This document shows positions 51,364 through 55,172 of a DNA stretch of 55,172 nucleotides, piece by piece. The notes beneath the pieces were generated by a model. The model made no database searches. It was not told where the DNA came from and saw only the letters and a program-made list of their open reading frames with translations. The position numbers were made by a program, and so were the translations under genes. Positions within the stretch are counted from its first letter, which is position 1. Every line of letters starts with the position of its first letter. Source of the stretch: Candidatus Methanomethylicia archaeon (GTDB lineage Archaea; Thermoproteota; Methanomethylicia; CALHIW01); contig JAWBQF010000014.1 in the NCBI GenBank assembly GCA_038845975.1, forward strand, positions 11,910-67,081, written 5' to 3'.

Positions 51364-52179
51364 ATGAGCTATAATGCTTGGATCGTCTCGATAGGTAATG
51401 AACTTCTTATCGGTAGGATTGTTAATACTAATGCTACATGGCTTTGCCGTAAACTATTGATTCTAGGATTTAATGTTAAAAGAATTTTAACAATACCAGA
51501 TAATGAGGAGGATATTATTGAGGCTGTTGAAGAATGTGTTAATAGGAGAATTAAGGTTTTAATTTTAACAGGTGGTCTTGGACCAACCTATGATGATATT
51601 ACAAGTGAAGCATTAGCTAAGGCTTTAGGTAGAGATTGGGTTTTAAATAATGAAGCTTACAATATGATTATTGAAAAATATAGAAGTAGAGGGTTTGAGA
51701 TTACTAGTCATAGAATTAAGCTTGCAAAAATGCCTTTAAACTCTAAACCATTACCAAACCCTATAGGTACAGCTCCGGGAATATTTACTGTTGAGGGGGA
51801 AACCTACATATTTGCTCTTCCAGGTATTCCAAGCGAGATGGAGGCTATATTCAATGAGGAAGTTGAAAAAATCCTGAGAGAAATAGGGCCTAGAATACAT
51901 CTTATTGAAGGAATAATAGTAGTTGAGGGAATTCCGGAATCAACATTAGCTCCAATCATAGATAAATACATGAAGAAATATGGGGGAGCCTATATAAAGT
52001 CTCATCCTAAGGGGTTTGAAGGTTCAAAACCTATTCTAGATATTAGGATTCTTATAGGTAATATTGATGTAAGCAGTGCTGAGACTAAATGTAGTGAAAT
52101 ATTAGAGGGATTGTCAAGAGAAATTATAGAGTCTGGAGGATCTATAAGGAGTACTAGTATTCAGCGGTTAAGCTATTAG
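51364..52179 (+). CDS. CinA N-terminal-like (COG1058, molybdopterin-binding domain) protein without PncC domain
   Basis: 'IGNELLIG.IVNTN', 'TGGLGPTYDDIT', 'NPIGTAPG', 'LPGIP.EM'. Confidence 0.9.
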   Translation: MSYNAWIVSIGNELLIGRIVNTNATWLCRKLLILGFNVKRILTIPDNEEDIIEAVEECVNRRIKVLILTGGLGPTYDDITSEALAKALGRDWVLNNEAYNMIIEKYRSRGFEITSHRIKLAKMPLNSKPLPNPIGTAPGIFTVEGETYIFALPGIPSEMEAIFNEEVEKILREIGPRIHLIEGIIVVEGIPESTLAPIIDKYMKKYGGAYIKSHPKGFEGSKPILDIRILIGNIDVSSAETKCSEILEGLSREIIESGGSIRSTSIQRLSY

Positions 52180-52815
52180 TTTCCTTACAACATCTACAAC
52201 CTCAGTAATATCTACTATTTTAAAGTTAGGTTCTACATCTATATTAATATCTCTACCATGAGTTACAAGTATTGAATAGCTACCGATAATTTTTGCTGGA
52301 ATAATATCGTAAACAGTATCCCCAACTATAACTCCATTTCCAGGATTTACTTCTAATCCGTTAAATGCCTTAATATATATTTCAGGATCAGGCTTACCCC
52401 TCAATACAGTATCACCCGCCACTACTACCTTAAAGAAGCCTTTAAGATTCAAATGCTCTAAAACCTTATCTAGAACTCTTTGTGGAGTTGATGAGGCAAT
52501 TCCAAGCTTTAACCCCATATTAATAAGGCTGTTCAAAACCTCATAAACACCGGAATATACATTTAACTCATCAATATAGTTAAGGTAAATCTCATTCTTC
52601 AATCTTCTAATTGAACTATAAGTCTTCAACCCAGGTTCACCGAGAACTATACGTACAATCTCAATTCCAGGTAAGCCTACAAGTGATTCTACATAAGCTT
52701 CATCAACATCCCTAAATCCATGAGCTTCAAAAGATTTAATCCATGACTTTGCATGAAGATGAACACTATTAATAAGTGTTCCATCCAAATCAAAGACAAC
52801 AGCTTCAATAAGCAT
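52168..52815 (-). CDS. HAD family phosphatase (IA)
   Basis: 'FDLDGTL', 'ASS', 'KPDP', 'VGD...DI'. Confidence 0.94.
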   Translation of the reverse strand: MLIEAVVFDLDGTLINSVHLHAKSWIKSFEAHGFRDVDEAYVESLVGLPGIEIVRIVLGEPGLKTYSSIRRLKNEIYLNYIDELNVYSGVYEVLNSLINMGLKLGIASSTPQRVLDKVLEHLNLKGFFKVVVAGDTVLRGKPDPEIYIKAFNGLEVNPGNGVIVGDTVYDIIPAKIIGSYSILVTHGRDINIDVEPNFKIVDITEVVDVVRKLIA

Positions 52816-53296
52816 ACGATCGATAACAGTAAGAATATATAAAGATTACACTAAGAAACATATTCAATCTAGCTCCACAGCTTAATACATCTGTAATTCA
52901 TTCAATACTAACTGAACCCAATAAAAGTATTAAGCTGAAATACTATAGTATTTCGAAAGTTTTGTGGAGTTATTAGATAGTTAATGGTTTTGATTATGCT
53001 GTTAGGTATTTCGACTATATACTTATGGGGTTCCGACTTTACTTAATATTTCTATACTATATATTGACTAGTAGAAATCTAAGAGTATTCAACATTCATA
53101 TAAACTCATCGATCCCCCTAGAAGTTTAGGAAGTAGTGATGGGTTTTATGAATAAATTAGACACTCATGAAGGCTGGAGGAATTTATAGGTTGTTCATGA
53201 AATTACTATTGTTAAATATAGATAAGCCCCCACCATCCACAGCAATATGAAATCTAACCTAAATAATAGAAGATTTCGCTACTCTATTGGTGGATT

Positions 53297-53794
53297 TTGA
53301 GTAGTAACCTAGAACCTTTAATTTTCTATGTGAAAAGGAGTTTATGTGATAGAGCTAAGAAGGTTTTCAACTTAGACTTTATCGTTAGGGTACTCAATAG
53401 AAAGCCTCTACTTCAGGTTCTCAGGAATATAGGTAGGAATGAGACTAAAAGATTTCTTAAAGAGTTTTTAGGACAAACAGTATAACGATAATCTACGTTT
53501 AGCTCCTTAAGGAAATTCTCGATGTTAACACCTATATCTTTGCTTCAAGCAGCTAAAGGTGAAGCTATAACCTTCCTCGTGTATGATTTAGGCTTTAGCA
53601 TGTTTATCGAGATCCCTACAGCGATAAGTAGAGCTTTTAGACTAACTATAAACACGTATGTCTGGCTAGTTATATCGAAATTCTTTGAAGATTCTGAAAG
53701 AGCAATACAACTGTTTAGAGATATTATGGATAAGGTTGGAGTTTTACCGATAACCCTGAAGAATGGAGACACCAGTAATAGAGAAGCTCTCTAG
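53297..53794 (+). pseudogene. Probable fragmented hypothetical gene (two consecutive short ORFs)
   Basis: 53297-53485 and 53522-53794 are on the same strand and in the same frame, separated by 36 nt; coding-like composition. Confidence 0.4.
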
Positions 53795-54226
53795 GAGTGG
53801 TTTCACAGTAAAGGGCTTAACTGAAAATCTCTGGATAAATATATAGGGAGAATATCCGCTAGTCCACAGAATTCTAACCCTACCATTTACCTGTCTCATC
53901 ATAGATTACTACTTAAAAACTCTTTTATCTGCTAAAATGATATGTTTACTGCAACCCATACCTAGGTTTTACTCCTTAAGCTTCTATTCCTTATTCATTG
54001 ATTTAGGTTAAGTATGTTATAATATTTCAGGTTGTTTGTTAAATCATAATCCTACTTCGATATCTTCTACAATCACAACTTATCTAAACTTTTTCGAAAT
54101 ATTATATTGCTTCCTATATTCAATCTATAATAGTAGTAAGTAGATTTATAAAGATGTATTACTATCTTTAGGCATTATGGTTATATTTACGGGGATTTAA
54201 CCTAGGTCTTATGAGGGTAAGCCTCC

Positions 54227-55012
54227 ATGCTACATGTAAACTACTTAGATTTATTCTGGACTGCTATTACTCTTCTTGGCGATTATAGGCTTTACACTAT
54301 TTTAATTCCTATAATCTACATTGCCTATAATAGGAGGTTAGGGTTTAAGCTTATGGCTACGTATATGTTTAGTATGTATATTAATCAGGTTTTTAAGTAT
54401 TGGTTTATGCTTCCACGTCCATCACATAGCTTATGGATTACTGAGGGATATGGATTTCCAAGCGGTCATTCACAGGCTTCATCAACATTTTGGAGCTGCC
54501 TAGCCTTAAACACTAAACTAAAAATCACTAAGTTAATAGCTATAGTATTACCACTACTTATAGCATATTCTAGACTTTATCTTCAAGTACACTACTTAAT
54601 AGATGTTATTAGTGGTCTACTACTAGGATATGGATTACCATTAACTATTCATGTTTTAAAAATTCCTAAAGGAATTGCTGAAGTAGGTATTCATATAGTA
54701 TACATTGGATGCTCATTACTCATGGTTTCTACATCAACAATAATACCCGGCGGATATGGATATATACCCATTGTATCCGGGTCTTTTCTAGGAGCATATG
54801 TAGGCTATAGATTTTCTGAGAGGCTTAAGGCTAATATTATAAGATTAACAAGTAGGGTAATAGTAGTAATCTTAGTACTTACTGTTAGTATTATAGGATA
54901 TACTACAGCAGCTATGCTTATTAGAGAGCTTCTTATAAGCTATATTGTTTCAATCGTTTTTACAGCTATAGTCTTCTTAATGCCTTACCTATACCTAAAG
55001 CTTAATTTATAG
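54227..55012 (+). CDS. PAP2 family membrane phosphatase
   Basis: 'K....LPRP', 'FPSGH', 'SRLYLQVHY..DV..G'. Confidence 0.92.
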   Translation: MLHVNYLDLFWTAITLLGDYRLYTILIPIIYIAYNRRLGFKLMATYMFSMYINQVFKYWFMLPRPSHSLWITEGYGFPSGHSQASSTFWSCLALNTKLKITKLIAIVLPLLIAYSRLYLQVHYLIDVISGLLLGYGLPLTIHVLKIPKGIAEVGIHIVYIGCSLLMVSTSTIIPGGYGYIPIVSGSFLGAYVGYRFSERLKANIIRLTSRVIVVILVLTVSIIGYTTAAMLIRELLISYIVSIVFTAIVFLMPYLYLKLNL

Positions 55013-55029
55013 CTAGCTAGATTAATTTT

Positions 55030-55172
55030 ATGGTTACTCTAATTATTAATAGGGATATGTTGGAGAGTCTTGTTAGAGGGGCTGAGGGTAGTGGTATTGA
55101 GGTTTGTAGTGTTTTGATTGGTTTTGTTCGGGGGGATAGGTATATTGTTAGGGAATATGTAGACGTGAGGAA
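55030..55172 (+). CDS. JAMM/MPN (Mov34, M67) metalloprotease, 5' part only (runs off the window)
   Basis: Manual translation MVTLIINRDMLESLVRGAEGSGIEVCSVLIGFVRGDRYIVREYVDVR; fits the 'E.C..L.G' N-terminal pattern; HxH motif lies beyond the window. Confidence 0.6.
   Translation, partial: MVTLIINRDMLESLVRGAEGSGIEVCSVLIGFVRGDRYIVREYVDVR

Overview
AT-rich archaeal chromosomal window. The gene content (XPB-Bax1, TIP49, translin, TmcA/Nat10, paREP-like coiled-coil genes, a C/D box sRNA) suggests a thermophilic TACK/Thermoproteota-like organism; this taxonomy is inference. About 1-21.4 kb is an accessory, decaying island. It holds four coiled-coil genes with in-frame tandem repeats, a decayed duplicate of one of them, a retropepsin-like protease, one broken and one intact archaeal ATPase, vapBC, a GT4/GT-C/GT-C surface-glycosylation operon and a GT2. 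About 21.6-55 kb is mostly housekeeping: M20 peptidase, tldD-pmbA-MBL, tmcA-ASCH, translin, COG1361-ABC exporter, XPB-Bax1-Hef-like helicase, an AEP primase-like fusion, TIP49, HDAC, ECF S component, NDP-sugar synthase, CinA-N, HAD, PAP2 and a truncated JAMM protease. Best candidates for undescribed systems: (i) the ac4C writer TmcA overlapping a YqfB-like ASCH gene (possible writer/eraser pair); (ii) xpb-bax1 followed by a nuclease-less Hef/FANCM-like helicase with an extra N-terminal domain, near an AEP fusion protein; (iii) an operon with two GT-C-type glycosyltransferases; (iv) variable-length coiled-coil membrane proteins. No CRISPR array, rRNA, tRNA or transposase was recognised. All family calls come from motif recognition by eye, not database searches.
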